Of a stretch of DNA of 64,000 nt, positions 47,148 to 62,063 are shown piece by piece; position 1 is the first letter of the stretch; each line of letters starts with the position of its first letter. Where the stretch lies: assembly GCA_012295275.1 (NCBI GenBank), contig CM022675.1:1860001-1924000 (forward strand), written 5' to 3'. The DNA comes from Chrysomallon squamiferum. Its lineage: Eukaryota; Animalia; Mollusca. A program made the position numbers and the translations under genes. Below the pieces are notes generated by a model, which was not told the origin of the DNA, did no database searches, and saw only the letters and a program-made list of their open reading frames with translations.

Positions 47148-49131
47148 GTTTGTTTTTTCTAATATTATTGTTGATGTCATAGGCGAAACAAAACTTTCAT
47201 TTCTCATTTCGACTACAACACTGTCTCTTGAAATCACTGGAGAAACGACGACGTTTTGAAAAAGAATAACCACAGCGACATTTGGCAGAAACGCTATCGT
47301 GTGAAAGCGCGACCAGTCGACAATCCGGACTGCAAGAAATCTCTATTTGTCAGCGATTCTATTGTGTTTTCTCACACAGTACTGTCCTATCTGTTTAACT
47401 TGGTGCATCTTGTCTACTCACTTCTGTATCTTGATGTTAATATCTAAGGGGAAATGTCAGTGTTCTTAGAAATATTTAATGTGAAGAGTGGTTGCCCACA
47501 TTTTACCATACCGTTACCAGTTCATGCTCATTTTACAAAATCTATTTATCACTTTTCTCTTTCTTTTAGTTTTGATTTTGAATTCATTTAGTACAAACAA
47601 TAATTTTATAATGATTAAATATTGCCATTCACTAAAATAAGCTTCACTTCATGGAAATGGATGAAAAAACACTTCGAGAAGAGTTTTCAGTATAGATGTC
47701 ATCAGTGAACGAATACGTGCATTCAGAAACACATCAGAGAAGACAACAAAGACAGAACAAGTGTGTTCATGTGTGTGTGTGTGTGTATGTGTGTGTGTTT
47801 GTGCCTACACTTTTCCCTTACAGATCCTGTCATTATGAGACAGGAAGATAAACTAAACAATAGTGGACGTTTTAGCAAAGTACAAAATTACCAGTAGATG
47901 AAACCTGTCTGTGCTCGACCCAGCACTCACAGTCCACGTCTAATGCAGCTCTAGACAAAACTACTTCAGCCTTTTTCATTTTTTGTTAAATTGTTTTTAA
48001 ATTTCACTTTTCTCTCTCAGATTGTTTTCACACAAAATAGAGAGCTATATGATGTGGATGAAAGAACTGACGCACCTTTTCTAAACTTTTCTCTCCAAAG
48101 AAATCAAACAAATATGACGAGTTGATAGATGTACTCAAGAATTAACTTATTACTCTGTGTAGTGCACCCACCACTTATCTGAAAATACAACTTCACTTCA
48201 TCATCCTAACTCCTGCAGAGAAAGGATCCATATCAGACAGGTTTTTTGTTTTTATTTATTTTTTAATTTTATTATTATTATTATAAAAAAAAAATCACGT
48301 TATAGTCAAATATGAAAATAGAGATGTCATTTAATTTAGCATTCTGAAACATGTTTAGAATCTATCAATATTTTGCTCTGCTGTTTTTCAAAAGGACTGT
48401 ATGTGTGATATTATACAGATATTTTTTTTCTCTTATCTAACAAAAGTGCAACAAGAATAACAAAAACAGTCATAAGTACTTTTGTAAATATATTCATTTC
48501 AAAAAGTTATACAAAAGAATACTGAAAATATGAAACAGAGAATAAGTTACACTGCAGTGACACAAACAAGCTAACTTACATTATTGTTTAACATAATATA
48601 TCCAGAACTGTCATATGTAGCAGTCCACTTGTGAATAAAGAATAAAACATGTTAATAGTAGTATGTATCAGTCTAGTTGTATACAAATATTGTGAACAGT
48701 GTATATACCAGTCTAAGTGAAGATAATAGCTTGTTAACATTGTTATGTACCAGTCTAGCAGTAAACAAATCATGTTAACAACGTTAAGTACCAGTCTAGC
48801 TGTAAACAACTCTTCTTAACAGCATCATGTACCAGTCTAGTTTGAAACAAATCTTGATATCAGATGAAACATCCATATTAACACTAATGTAAATACTTTT
48901 ACTGATATTTTAAAAATAAAATGTTAATATAATCAGGGTTCACAGTTTATTAGAAAAGAACATTGCTAATTTCAGAAATTATTAAAACTTCATTATAATA
49001 CTGCTGTATTAAAGCCGCTGTATTAACGGAGATTTTTCCCGAATTATAAAGTTCTGAAACAAAAAATAATAAAATAAATAAAAATAATAAAATAAAGTAA
49101 ATAAATAAATAAATAAATAAATATAATATCT

Positions 49132-49163
<32 letters not shown>

Positions 49164-49723
49164 AATAATAATAATAATAATATAAATTTTAAAAATTAAT
49201 AATAATAATAGTAATAATAATAATCTATTGTCTTCATATGTGCTACAAATAAAATATCAAAGTATAAAAAGGCATATATATATATATAAGAGAATATGTC
49301 AGGTGCCACTGATTGTTTTCAAGTTTGTTATTTTATAATTATATTTTGTTATTAGCAAAGCTAAGTAAAAAAACAGTCTGAAATCATAGAAAATATACTG
49401 AGAGAATTTAATTGTACAGATATATACTGGAATCAGCTTCTTCAGTTTGTGTACACTTGGTAACTTGCTGAAATAATCTGAACAAATTATATAAGTTTTA
49501 TTGTTGTAAGCTTCCAAGCTGACACTGTGTACTGTTACAACAGTTATATCAAAGATTTAAAAGAGAAACAGTTTCTTGATACAACAGAGTTACAACAATC
49601 AGTGATAAACAAATGTGGAATGCTCTTCATCTTTGGCTTATGTTGTCTGCATGAAAAAACTGCTGTGTTTGAAACTGTGTAACACTCCAGACTCTAAAAT
49701 CCATCATTCACCCAGGTTGTTCA

Positions 49724-49860
49724 AATGTTGTAAAATTACATTAGCTTTATCAGTTCTACAGTTTGTTAAAATGTTTTAAAATTACATTAGCTTTATCAGT
49801 TCTACAGTTTGTTAAAATGTTGTAAAATTACTTTAGCTTCATCAGTTCTACAGTTTTTTT
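49724..49860. repeat. 46-bp tandem repeat x3
   Basis: Unit aaatgttgtaaaattacattagctttatcagttctacagtttgtta. Confidence 0.85.
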
Positions 49861-50374
49861 AAATATTCTCATGTTACATTATAAGAAAAAGAACACTGTT
49901 TCTGTGATCTGTTGAAAAATATTATTAAATAAAATTCCTTATTAGTATCCAAGTATTACACCAATTAATAATAATGATTTTTAGTTGAAATGCTCTACTA
50001 TGACATTCCATTAACTAGATGTAACAATTTTTGTTAAAAAAATAATGTAACCATAAGATTTGAAACATAATATAAATGTCCTCATATCTGAAACATTGCA
50101 TTAATTAATATCAAAATTACAAATGCCACAATTTTTTTTATCAATAGTCTGAACATAAAATTATCATTTTGTGTTGAAACATTAGAAATAGTAATCATTT
50201 CTGTTTTGACATTACAGAAAACTTGTCTTTCACAGTGTTACTTTAAGTGAGTTCAGTTGAAAGATCAAACAAAGTAAGATTTTCTAATCTAGACACATCT
50301 TTTTAATTTAATGCTGTTCTGAGTAGAACTGACCTGAAATGAAACTGAAGCAAAACTGACCAATGGTCAGTCAG

Positions 50375-50552
50375 TCATTTAGAAAATATATCTTTGTAGT
50401 TGAGAAGCATCAGTTCTATGACTTTCTGTTCAAACTTGGCAGCCATCAGACTGATCATGGGGTCTGTTTCAAGCGGCCTCATCAACGTCGGCGCAAACAC
50501 GATAGCCAGGTTCTCAGCACTCATCATCGTCTTCTCCTTCATCTCCGCAACT
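50375..50552 (-). CDS. Terminal coding exon of a chimaerin-like RhoGAP
   Basis: After acceptor tgtttcAG, translates (R)VAEMKEKTMMSAENLAIVFAPTLMRPLETDPMISLMAAKFEQKVIELMLLNYKDIFSK*. This has the RhoGAP C-terminal signature M-x-x-x-NLAIVF-x-PTL and a short tail ending in I-x-F, resembling chimaerins as I recall them. No upstream exons recognised in the window. Confidence 0.8.
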
Positions 50553-50925
50553 CTGAAACACAACATTTCAACATTCTAACTCTGAAACACAACATTTCAA
50601 CATTCTAACTCTGAAACACAAGATTTTAACTCTGAAACACAACATTCTAACTCTGAAACACAACATTTCAACATTTTGCTTTTAACTCTGAATAGCACAT
50701 TTCAACATTTCATTTTTAACTCTGAAAGACTACATTTCAACATTTTGTTTTAACTCTAAAAGACAACATTTCAACATTTTGTTTTTAACTCTGAAACATT
50801 TCAACATTTTGTTTTTAACTCTGAAACAACATTTCAACATTTCATTTTTAACTGTGAAACACAACATTCCAACATTCAATTGTTAACTCTGAAACAGTAC
50901 AGTTCAACATTTCTGTTTTAACTAT
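50549..50925. repeat. ~29-35 bp tandem repeat built from the RhoGAP exon splice acceptor
   Basis: Unit aactctgaaacacaacatttcaacatt(ct/ttgttttt), about 11 copies. Confidence 0.9.
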
Positions 50926-52005
50926 CAAACAAAATAATTCATCTGCAATTATGTGTTACATTTACAATAGTAATATCAAGAATAGTGGGTTTCGTATATA
51001 CATTTTCAAAAACTGTATCTTAATAGTACAACAATAAAGAATCTTGTAATCAGTAAATAAAAAATAGCTGCCATCGAATACTACAAGTACGTATAAACTA
51101 AATTGCCATCCGTAGCTTAGTACATAAGTTACGACCAACTTCCTAAGTTAAAGAAACACCTATCTCTGAGAACATTTTCCACCTCTTGAACGAGGACGTA
51201 TTAGGGTATAGCTAAGGGCCCTACTACGTAAGATAGAAAAACAACAACATGGTTTACCGTCAATATATATATATATATATAGATATATAGATATTACGTT
51301 ATTATTAGAAGTAGAACTAGTATTAATATTACCATTAGTTTTTTGTTTCTTCGTTTCAATTTATTTTGTTTTATTTATCTATGTTTTGTGTTTTTAAGAC
51401 AGAAGCAGAAGATACTTTACAGTTATACTTTTAACTGTGTTTAAGAAAATATTAACACAGGAGACTAAAACATCCTACTAAGATTACCTAAACTCATCCA
51501 GGTGTTACGAGAGTTAGTCTTCTATTTGTGCTCAGATAATAAATAATACATCGATTCTTGTAGTTTTTGTTAGAGTCACACAAACAGTTTTACCTCGAGA
51601 CATCTCACATCTACTTCTCTACGGACAGGGTTCAGTTGTTGTGTATGCGTTGCTATTTGTTCGTTATTTTTACTGCAACAATTATTTCGAATACTACAGC
51701 TACCACTAATCCTACTCCTACCATTTGTCATTCTGCCAGTTCTATGACTACCTACTAATTATAATACTAAAATGACGATTTCAACTCCTAATACTTTTAC
51801 CAGTAGTACTAAAATAACCAGCATGCTACAAATATAACTGATACTAATACTGTTGTGACTAATATGCCTATTGCTCTCAGAACAGCAACTACTATTACTA
51901 TTACCACTAATAACTCTACTACTACTACCTCTAATGGTACTAATATTGCTATGGTATATTTGATGTTATTTACCAAAAGTGGTAATTTTAAAGTTAAAAG
52001 TTAAA

Positions 52006-52062
<57 letters not shown>

Positions 52063-52065
52063 GAA

Positions 52066-52096
<31 letters not shown>

Positions 52097-52124
52097 TTGT
52101 TATCACATAATATATGTTCTACAC

Positions 52125-53166
52125 AGATTGTGAGAGCTTTCAGACACTGCACTGAATAACTTTCAAAATAAATTACGACGTTAAATTAAGCTTGATTTTG
52201 CATGCCTCTGATTTCTATAGAGCAAAAAAGAAATGCTCTGAGATAGATATTATTTCTGCGGGTGTTAGGGTGGTACACATAGTTGTATCTGCAGGTCAAT
52301 TAAGCATGTACCAATACAAAAACAAAACTTATTTATTATATATATCTCTCAGCCAGTGATCTTTGTTACTATTTGGTTTATCTAACGAAAACATCTTAAA
52401 TAGGTATAAAAATATGTATTCTTCCCCGTAGCTGCATTATCCAAATATTTACTTATAGTTTTTGTTTTGTTTATTCCTAACATATATATATATAATAATG
52501 TGCAGAGCGTCGTTTTAAAATGTAGCTTAGGGTTTTATTTTGAAAGCTCGCAGTGCCATTCTATACTTGACTATTTTACTACTGAATTAGTCAGACCTCA
52601 CAAACCTCATACGATGTCGCTGAAGAGACACGAACGTATGGCGCCCATTCTCCCGCACTCCGAAGGCGGACGTCATTAGCGTTCCGCCATCAAGACAAAC
52701 TTAAAAGGAGTAACCTGAGTGACTATATTAATCCTATTTGCCTATCCTAGACGAAGGAGCAGTTTTAGTGTGTGTGTGTGTGTGTGTAACCTGAGTGACT
52801 ATATTAATAAGCAAAAACAAAAAGAAAAGAAGAAATAAAAGACGTCTGTTTTCACGCCTCTCTGATCATCTTGAAGTTGTCTATAAACTCCGACCTCTTT
52901 CTTGTGAGAGCTTTCAGAGACTGCACTGAGAGACTTTCAAAATAAATTACAATGTTAACTTAGGCTTGATATTACAAAAAAACAAAACAACTAAGATAGA
53001 TATTATATCTGTAGGTGTTAGCGTGTGACACGAAATTGTATTTTCAGATGAATGTGTCTACACTATTCAAAATAAAATGTGTTTGTTTTTAAAAATATCT
53101 ATCAGCCATTAGTATTTGCTATATTTTTATTACTGTGACGAGGGTAGCTTAATATAGTATAAAATA

Positions 53167-53230
<64 letters not shown>

Positions 53231-53845
53231 TATGTATAGCTCCGTGTGCATCTATTTATACTAAATGTTTTAATATTTAACCAAACAGAAGAGCTTCACC
53301 ACTGTGTGAACAATGCGATTTAATATGTGAATGATTGTCACTGATAACAGTGAACAGGATTGTAACTGCTGTACAAATTATATTAAATAAAAGTAATATT
53401 AGTTGTTAGAGAGTTTGAGATACATGAAACAAGCTATTAAATTGCTGAGACAGTAGACATGTAGAATAGAATTATAAACGTATTGAGTTATCTGCAATGA
53501 AATATGAATCATTGTCAAATCTTAGTTTCAGAACAAAAGACGAAGAAGGATAACTCATGGTTAATTTGAAACACGAGCACAAGTGATAGGACGTTTCGCT
53601 TCTGTCAAAAAACAGAGATAAAGTCGGGAATGTATAAAATCTAACAAGGAATAATTGCATATTTAGAACTTCAACATTTCTGATTTTTTTCAATATTAAA
53701 TCATTTGTAAAGAAATTTTGCAACAGGAATGAATATGTTTAGAAATAAACAGATTTTTTTCATTGATAATTACAAAATAATGATTATGATGATGACGACG
53801 ACGACGATGATGATGATGATAATAATAATAATAATAATACTAATG

Positions 53846-53904
<59 letters not shown>

Positions 53905-54943
53905 TTAATTACATAACGAATCTTCTATACAGACTGTGAGAGCTTTCAAAATTAATTACGATGTATAAATTAAACTTCATATTACGTGTTTTCTGATTTC
54001 TATAGAGTAAACAAGAAATGCTCTGAGATAAATATTATATCTGCGAATGTTAGGTTGTGACACAAACTAGTATATTCAGATGAAAGGTGTATACACTATT
54101 CAAGTAAAAAGTTAGTTTTTACATATCTCTCTGAATCAGTTTGTTATAATTTTATTTGTTTGATGCGGGTAACTTCACTTAGTATAAAAAATATTTATAC
54201 ATTCCAGTAGCTGCATTATCCAAATCATTTCCTTTTTCAGAATGTGCACACCATCTGCTTCAAATATAATTAAGTGTTTTATTTTTAAACATCGCAGTAA
54301 CATTGCCTACTTGACTGACTTGTTTTTGTTTTTACTATTCAGTTAATTTCAAGCACTAAATAACTTTCCGTTCAGTGGCTGGTTTGTAATATACTTCAGG
54401 TATATGTGTGTGTGTGTTTTTGTGTGTGTGTGTGTGCGTGTGTGTGTTTTATTATTTGAATTCTGTCTGTCTAATGTTCGTCTGTTTTTTTTCTATTCAA
54501 TTAATTTCAAACACTAAATGACTTTCCGTTCAGTGGCTTATTTCTAAAATACTTACCGTATATGTATGTGTGCGAGTGCGTGTGTGTACGTGTGTGTTGT
54601 GAGTGTGTATGTGTGTGGATGTGTGTGTGTTGCGTGTGTATGTTGTGTTAGTATGTGTGTGTGTTGTGTTTTTGTGTGTTGTGTGTGTATGAGTGTGTGT
54701 GTGTATATATGTTTTATGATTTGAATACTGTCTATCAATGTACGTTTGTTTAGACTCCGCACACAGACAACATCCTGGAACGCAGGACGACAAAGTGCAA
54801 CGACGACATCACAAACCTCATAAGATGCCGCTGACGAGACGCCCACTCGTCCGTTCCGCCATGAAAACAAGTTAAAAGTTGTTGTTCAGTAACCTGAGTG
54901 ACTCTATTAATCACGTTTGACTATCCTAGTAGAAGAAGCAGTC

Positions 54944-55011
<68 letters not shown>

Positions 55012-55620
55012 GGTGTATGTATGCATGGATATATGTATGTAGGTATATTTGTGCATACATACATATATATATATATATATATCGAGTAAAGCACAAACAC
55101 ACACACACACACACACTCACATATATATGTATTTATTTATAGAGGGAAAAAGAAAAAATAGATATCTGTTTTCACGCCTGTCTGACTAACTGATAATTTT
55201 GACATTGCATAAAAATTCCGAGCTCTTTCTATACAGATTGTGAGAGCTTTCAGAAACTGCACTGAATGACTTTCAAAATAAATTACGATGTTAACTTAAG
55301 CTTGACATTACATGTTTTCTGAATTTTGTAGAGTGAACAAAAAAAAGAAGAGAACTCAGATATTATATCTGCAGGTGTTAGCGTGTGACACGAAATTGTA
55401 TTTTCAGATGAATGTGTCTACACTATTCAAAATAAAATAAAAAAGTGTTTTCTAAATATATCTATCAGCCATTAGTATTTGTTATAATTTCATTTCTCTG
55501 ACGAGGGTAGCTCAGTATAGTATAAAATATATGTATACGTTTCTGCAGCTGCATCTTTCAAGATATTTATTTAAATTCTTTTTAACATGTGTATACTCAT
55601 ATCTAACAAGTGAGAATTAT
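52125..55620. repeat. Four diverged direct copies of a ~0.3-0.4 kb module (starts ~52125, 52900, 53930, 55235); further copies at ~62470 and inverted at ~8950-9245
   Basis: Shared core tgtgagagctttcaga.actgcactgaa..actttcaaaataaattacga.gttaa.ttaagcttga...gatattatatctg...gtgttag.gtgtgacac. Confidence 0.8.
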
Positions 55621-56624
55621 TATTGTAAACAATTTTAAGAAATTATATTTTAACTTTTATTAATATTTTTACTTCTTTATCTCATTTTATTATTACTTTT
55701 ATTACTATTGTGTGTTTGCCTATATATGCACAAACACACATACACACGGACACACATATACTACCTACATATATGTCAGAATATTGTTGTACAAACTAAT
55801 CTCTCCATATTGTTCATACCATTTCTGAGAAATATCTCTTTGTTGATTTTTTCATTTATCTCTACCTTTATCTATCTATCTCGATGTATCTATGGATCTA
55901 TATACCTGTGTATGTATCTATCTATCTATCTTCTGTTTGTCTGTCTGTCTATTTACGTATCTGTCCGTGTAATTCACTGATTCCTCTATTTTATTTTAGA
56001 TTTGCTTTTGTCCACTGATCTAAAATCAAGTTTTGTGTCCATATGAATAATTGAATATAGGGGAAAAAGTCAAAGGAATGAAAGTCACAATTTTTAATTA
56101 AGAAATACATTAGCATGACACAAGCTTTACGGTAGTCATTGTATTAAAACTTTAAAATAAATTCTGCCACAGTTTTGTTGTGCTCAAAGCGATCGACATA
56201 CAATAATGCAGAAGCTGAATTCTGCTGAAGCTGTCGATGATTTACCAGTGTATCCACTGTCTTGTTTATCATGTTTGTTTGTGAATCGTGAACAGAAGAA
56301 GAAGAAAAGCATAGAGTGACCTAGAATTGATTGGAAATTACGTATTTATTTATTTATTTACTTATTTGTTCATCCTAATGCATGGTATTTTTATGTTATT
56401 TTTTTCTAATTTTATTTATTCACTTTGTTTTCCAATTTTTAAGAAAAAACTATTATTATTATTATTATTATTATTATATTATTCGGGATAAATGCCGCTG
56501 AAACCTTTCACGTGAAAATTTGATGGATTCAAAAAAATAATAATAATTAAGAAATGAGAAAATTGATTTGGCATCTCTGTGACTAAGATAACAAACCTCT
56601 ACAAATACATGTAACACATCAGTG

Positions 56625-56975
56625 CTTATGTAGACTAGTACTCCGCACTCACAACAACACTCGCTGTTTTCCTTCATTTCTCATGCATCAACTAACATAA
56701 AAACGTGTAATTTGTCACTGCTCATCTAGACTGGTAGATAAACAAACCTCTGTTTTCCTTCATTTCTCATGCATCAACTAACATAAAAACACGTGTAATA
56801 CGTCACTGCTCATCTAGACTGGTACTCCGCACTCACAACAACACTCGCTGTTTTCCTTCATTTCTCATGCATCAACTAACATAAAAACACGTGTAATACG
56901 TCACTGCTCATCTAGACTGGTACTCCGCACTCACAACAACACTCGCTGTTTTCTTTCACTTGTCATGCACGAACT
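56625..56975. repeat. ~98-bp tandem repeat (3-4 copies)
   Basis: Unit actccgcactcacaacaacactcgctgttttccttcatttctcatgcatcaactaacataaaaacacgtgtaatacgtcactgctcatctagactggt. A single inverted homolog lies at ~8000-8080. Confidence 0.85.
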
Positions 56976-58252
56976 AACAGACGTGTAGGTGTTTCTGAGT
57001 GCTTAAAGGTAACCCGCAAAATTATCTGTCAATTTACTGTCGCCGAAACAGTATTTATTATGGTGCACTGATACTCATTTGTGTGGTCATTTAGACACAG
57101 AAACATACACATTCACACTCTTAATCGATCTAACATAAACACAAATATACTCACATAAACCACACACGTATGTATCAACAGACAACTAAGCACGCGTAAG
57201 AATAGCTACATGCGTAAAGAAGCATCCATTATCGAAAGAAAAAAAACACACGCATACACACAAATACACAAACACACACATACATATATATAAGCAGATT
57301 CGTACATCCAAACATACATAAATACAAACATACATACATACACACATACATACATATACCTCTAATGCTTATTTAATTTTATTATAAGTATAAAAGTATG
57401 TCAGTACCTATAATGTTTATCTAAGATTTAGTTATATTATAAGTATAAAACTGTAAACAGTTTTAGTTTTATTTTAAGTGTAAAGCTATGTCAATATTTC
57501 TAATGTTTATGTAATATTTAGTTTTATTTTAAGTGTAAAACTATGTCAATATTTCTAATATTTATGTAATATTTAGTTTTATTTTAAGTGTAAAACTATG
57601 TCAGTACTATGTCAGGAGTTATATAAAATACGACTTCGCTTTTTAAGCCATTCACATCGAAATGTATGCACGAACAAAAATAGAGTTAATGGAAAATCAA
57701 TGTACTGTATATTAAACAGTAACTGTCAGTTTTGTTGATGTTAATACGCTGTAGAAAATAAATATTGTGTGTATGTTTGTGTTTGTGTGCATGTTTTTTG
57801 TTGTTGTTTTTTCTTCTTCTTCTTTCTAATTTTTTCTTTTTCTTTCCTTTTTTCACTCTGAGTGGACATTAGCAGCATGTTGAAGTCAAATTCGAGGCGT
57901 TACATATGCAAATTTATCATTCTTCTTCTTCTTCTTCTTCCTCATATTATTATTATTATTATTATTATTATTACGTATTTCGTATTAAAACGAAACATTA
58001 ACAGTTATCATGATAACAAAATTAATACAAATAAGTTACACGAACAGATATATTGACTCGAAGCTAAAAGCAGAGAAAAAAGTGCGTTAACACAAACAAA
58101 ATATCATACAAGTAAATACACAGCAAATACAAAAATAACTAATTAAAATATCAAATTATACGAAACGACAATGAGGTAGAGAAAGAAACATCTGCAGGGA
58201 GAAACAGAACGAGAGAGACACACAAAGATAGATTATCTGTTTTTATTATTTA

Positions 58253-58287
<35 letters not shown>

Positions 58288-58401
58288 CAACAAACATTGT
58301 ATATATGCATGTACGTAAATAAATAAATTAATAATTATAATTAGTATTATTAGTGGTAGTAGTAGTAGTAGTAGCAGTAGAAGTAGTAGTAGTAGTTGTA
58401 C

Positions 58402-58458
<57 letters not shown>

Positions 58459-58690
58459 TGTTATGCCACGTATAAATGTACATACAATTTATGTATGTTG
58501 CAATACTAAAAAGCAATTATTCATTGGACAGGATGGTTTCTTTGTCCTTACCATATAAATACAGCTAAACAGATCGTGGGATGCAGTTTTATATTGTGTT
58601 CGGTGTAAGTGAGGACAAAGAAAGTGTCAAAGAAACAAGGTTTCACGTAAACTTATTTCAATGAATATGTTTGTACGCATTTGAATGCAT

Positions 58691-58724
<34 letters not shown>

Positions 58725-59589
58725 GCTACTAATAATAATAATAAGAAGAAGAAGAAGAAGAAGAAGAAAAAGATGATGAGAGTTTTCGGTGAATGTATAA
58801 CTCTATTTTGAAGAATGTATTAAGTAAACAGTAAACAGATTCGCCAACCTGCAGTAGCATAAAAAACGCAATTAATGCGTCAAAGCACTGAGCCGTGACG
58901 ACTGAAATCTGCCTTGTTACTCATCAGCAGAGATCTGTGTTAGTTTTGTCTCTTTTTAAATGTAGTCCACAAACATGTCTGCCATATTGTTCCAGCTCGA
59001 AACCGAGTTTTGTTATAGTAAATTAATTCACAGTTTTCTACTTATCTGACCATTTATAGACACTGCTGCTACTATTACTGCTACTACCACTACTACTACT
59101 ACTGATACTAACACTAATGCTAACACTAAGATTCATTTATTCCAGTGAATATATGATAATACATACTTATCCAAAATGTCTTTTGTTCTTGTTTTCTTTC
59201 TTAAAGTCCAGAGTAAGAATGTTACAATGACATAAATTAATACACAGACTTCTCTGAGAGCTTCCAGACATTTCATGTAAAGAGTCAATTAACAACACAA
59301 CAATAAATAAATTAGATCTTCTGATGTTTGTATTTTCAGACGAATGGTGTATGCAGAGTACAGATCAAAGAATTAATACTTGAATGTATCTGTTCACTTG
59401 TAATCTGTGTTTAGTGGTATTATTTTAATTAGAAAAGTTTATTATTGATTAATTTATTTTTTATTCATTCTTTTAATTCGATGAACAATAAAACATAATT
59501 GCCTAACATAGAGGAAATATAAAAAAGGATCAGTACAACAAAAATAGTTTATGTATTCTCTTCTCCTCTATTCTATTTTATTCTACGAA

Positions 59590-61028
59590 TAATTAATTTA
59601 TTTATTTATTTATTTTAATTTATTTTATTTTGTTTTCGTTACCTGAGAGGTTATGTTAATCATGCCAGACAATATGCAATAGTAGCAGTAATAATAGTAA
59701 CAGTAGTTGTAATGGTAACGGCAATATGAATAAACCATTAAAATAATAATAACCGAAATAAATCAAACGAAAAAATTAATCATAGTGTCTGTGTGTTTCT
59801 GTTTCTGTTTGTGTTTGTGTGTATATGTACACACACTCACATAAACTAAACTATGATTTATTTTATTGTTGTTATTGCTATTATTGTTGTCATTAAGATT
59901 AGTAGTAGTAGTAGTGGTAGTACTTTTATTATTATTATTATTAGAAGTAGAAGTATTATTATTATTAGTAGTAGTAGTAGAAATAACAGTAGTTGTGGCA
60001 GAGGCATCAACATTAATAATCGTGCTAACTGAAATAGTAGTTTACTTTTATATTAACACAAAGTAATATTGAAATTACAAATGAGTGAAATATTTTATTG
60101 TCATCTTTACTATTTGTTTTTATTAGTATTATTACTGTTCCAGGATTTTTATCCGTTTAAAGATGATGAGACTTTTCGGTGAATGTATAACTCTCTTTTG
60201 AAGAATGTACTAAGTAAAGAGTAAACAGATTTGAAATTTCTTAAAGTCGCCAACCTGTAACAGCATAAAAAACACCAGCAACGCTCAGAGCACTGAGCTG
60301 TGACGACTGAAATCTGCCTTGTTACTCATCAGCAGACATCTGTGTTAGTTTTGTCTCTTTTTAAATGTAGTCCACAAACATGTCTGCCATATTGTTCCAG
60401 CTCGAAACCGATTTGTCTTATAGTAAATTAATTCACAGTTTTCTGCTTATTTAATACTGAATAATATATACACACTGCTGCTACCATTACTTCTACTACT
60501 ACTACCACTCCTACCACAACTACTGCTGATACTAACACTAATGCTAATACTAAGATTCATTTTGGACCAGTGAATATATGGTAATATATACTTCTCTATA
60601 ACTTCTTTTCTCATTGTATTTTTTTCCTTCTAAAAGCACAGAGTAAAAATGATACAGAGACATAAGTTAATAAACACACTGTCTCTGAGAGCTTCCAGAC
60701 ATTTCATGTAAAGTGTCAGTTAACAACCCGACAATAAATAAAGTTTTATCATAATTAGATTTTCTCATGTTTGATTACAGAGTAAAGAAAACACATCTTA
60801 TCGTAGCGGGGATTACGAGATGACACGAAATTGTATTTTCAGACGAATGGTGTAAACAGTCAATTAACATCACAGTACACAACAAAGAATTAATACTTGA
60901 ATGTATCTGTTAACATGTAATCTTTGTTTTGTGAGATTATTTCAACTAGAAAAGTTTATTATTTATTAATTTATTTTTTATTCATTCTTTCAGCCAGATT
61001 AGTCACCTGAAGTAATATATGTTCTTAC

Positions 61029-61060
<32 letters not shown>

Positions 61061-61070
61061 ATTATTATTA

Positions 61071-61115
<45 letters not shown>

Positions 61116-61351
61116 GTTATTATATTCTTATTATTTTATTTTATTTTTATTTTTGTTGCATTTGTTACTTTTAATTCGATGAACAATAAAACATAATTTG
61201 CCTAACACAGAGGAAATATAAAAAAGGATCAGTACAACAAAAATAGTTTATTTATTCTCTTCTCCACTATTCTATTTTATTCTACTTTAGCTTAGTGTAA
61301 GTTTGCCTGTGCTATTTATATATTTAGACTAGTATTACTCTCTCTCTCTTG

Positions 61352-61410
<59 letters not shown>

Positions 61411-61995
61411 ATTATTATGACAAACACTTCTGAGCAGTTTTTATGTGTCTCATGGACGTACTAAAATATAGTGATGTATTCGTTTGTATCGAGTTTGTCA
61501 TTAAAGCTGATGTAAATAAAATCAAAGTACATCTATGCATCTATCTACTTCTATATATTTCTGTTTTCTGTGTGTCTATCTATATCTATTTCAGTATATT
61601 CTATTCCATTTCTGTTTAGTTTAGTTAGCGTTATTTTTTATTATTTTCAATTCATTTTATTATCATATTTTAATACTCTATAATACTTTTCGTGATTAAA
61701 TAATTTATTTATTTATTTATTTAGTTAGTTATTTATTTTTAAGACACAAGTTGATATTTGTAACTGTGTTTAAGAAAATATTAAGAAAAGAGACTAAAAC
61801 ATCGTCCTCAGATTGACTAAACTCATCCAGGCGTTACGAGAGTAAGTCTTACATTTGTGTGTAGATAATAATACATGGAATCTTGTAGTTTTTGTCAGAC
61901 ATACAAACAGTTTTATCTCGAGACATCTCGCGTCTACTGCTCTAAGAAAATGCTTCACTGGTCGTGTATGGCTTGCTGTTTGTTGGCTTCTGTTC

Positions 61996-62063
<68 letters not shown>

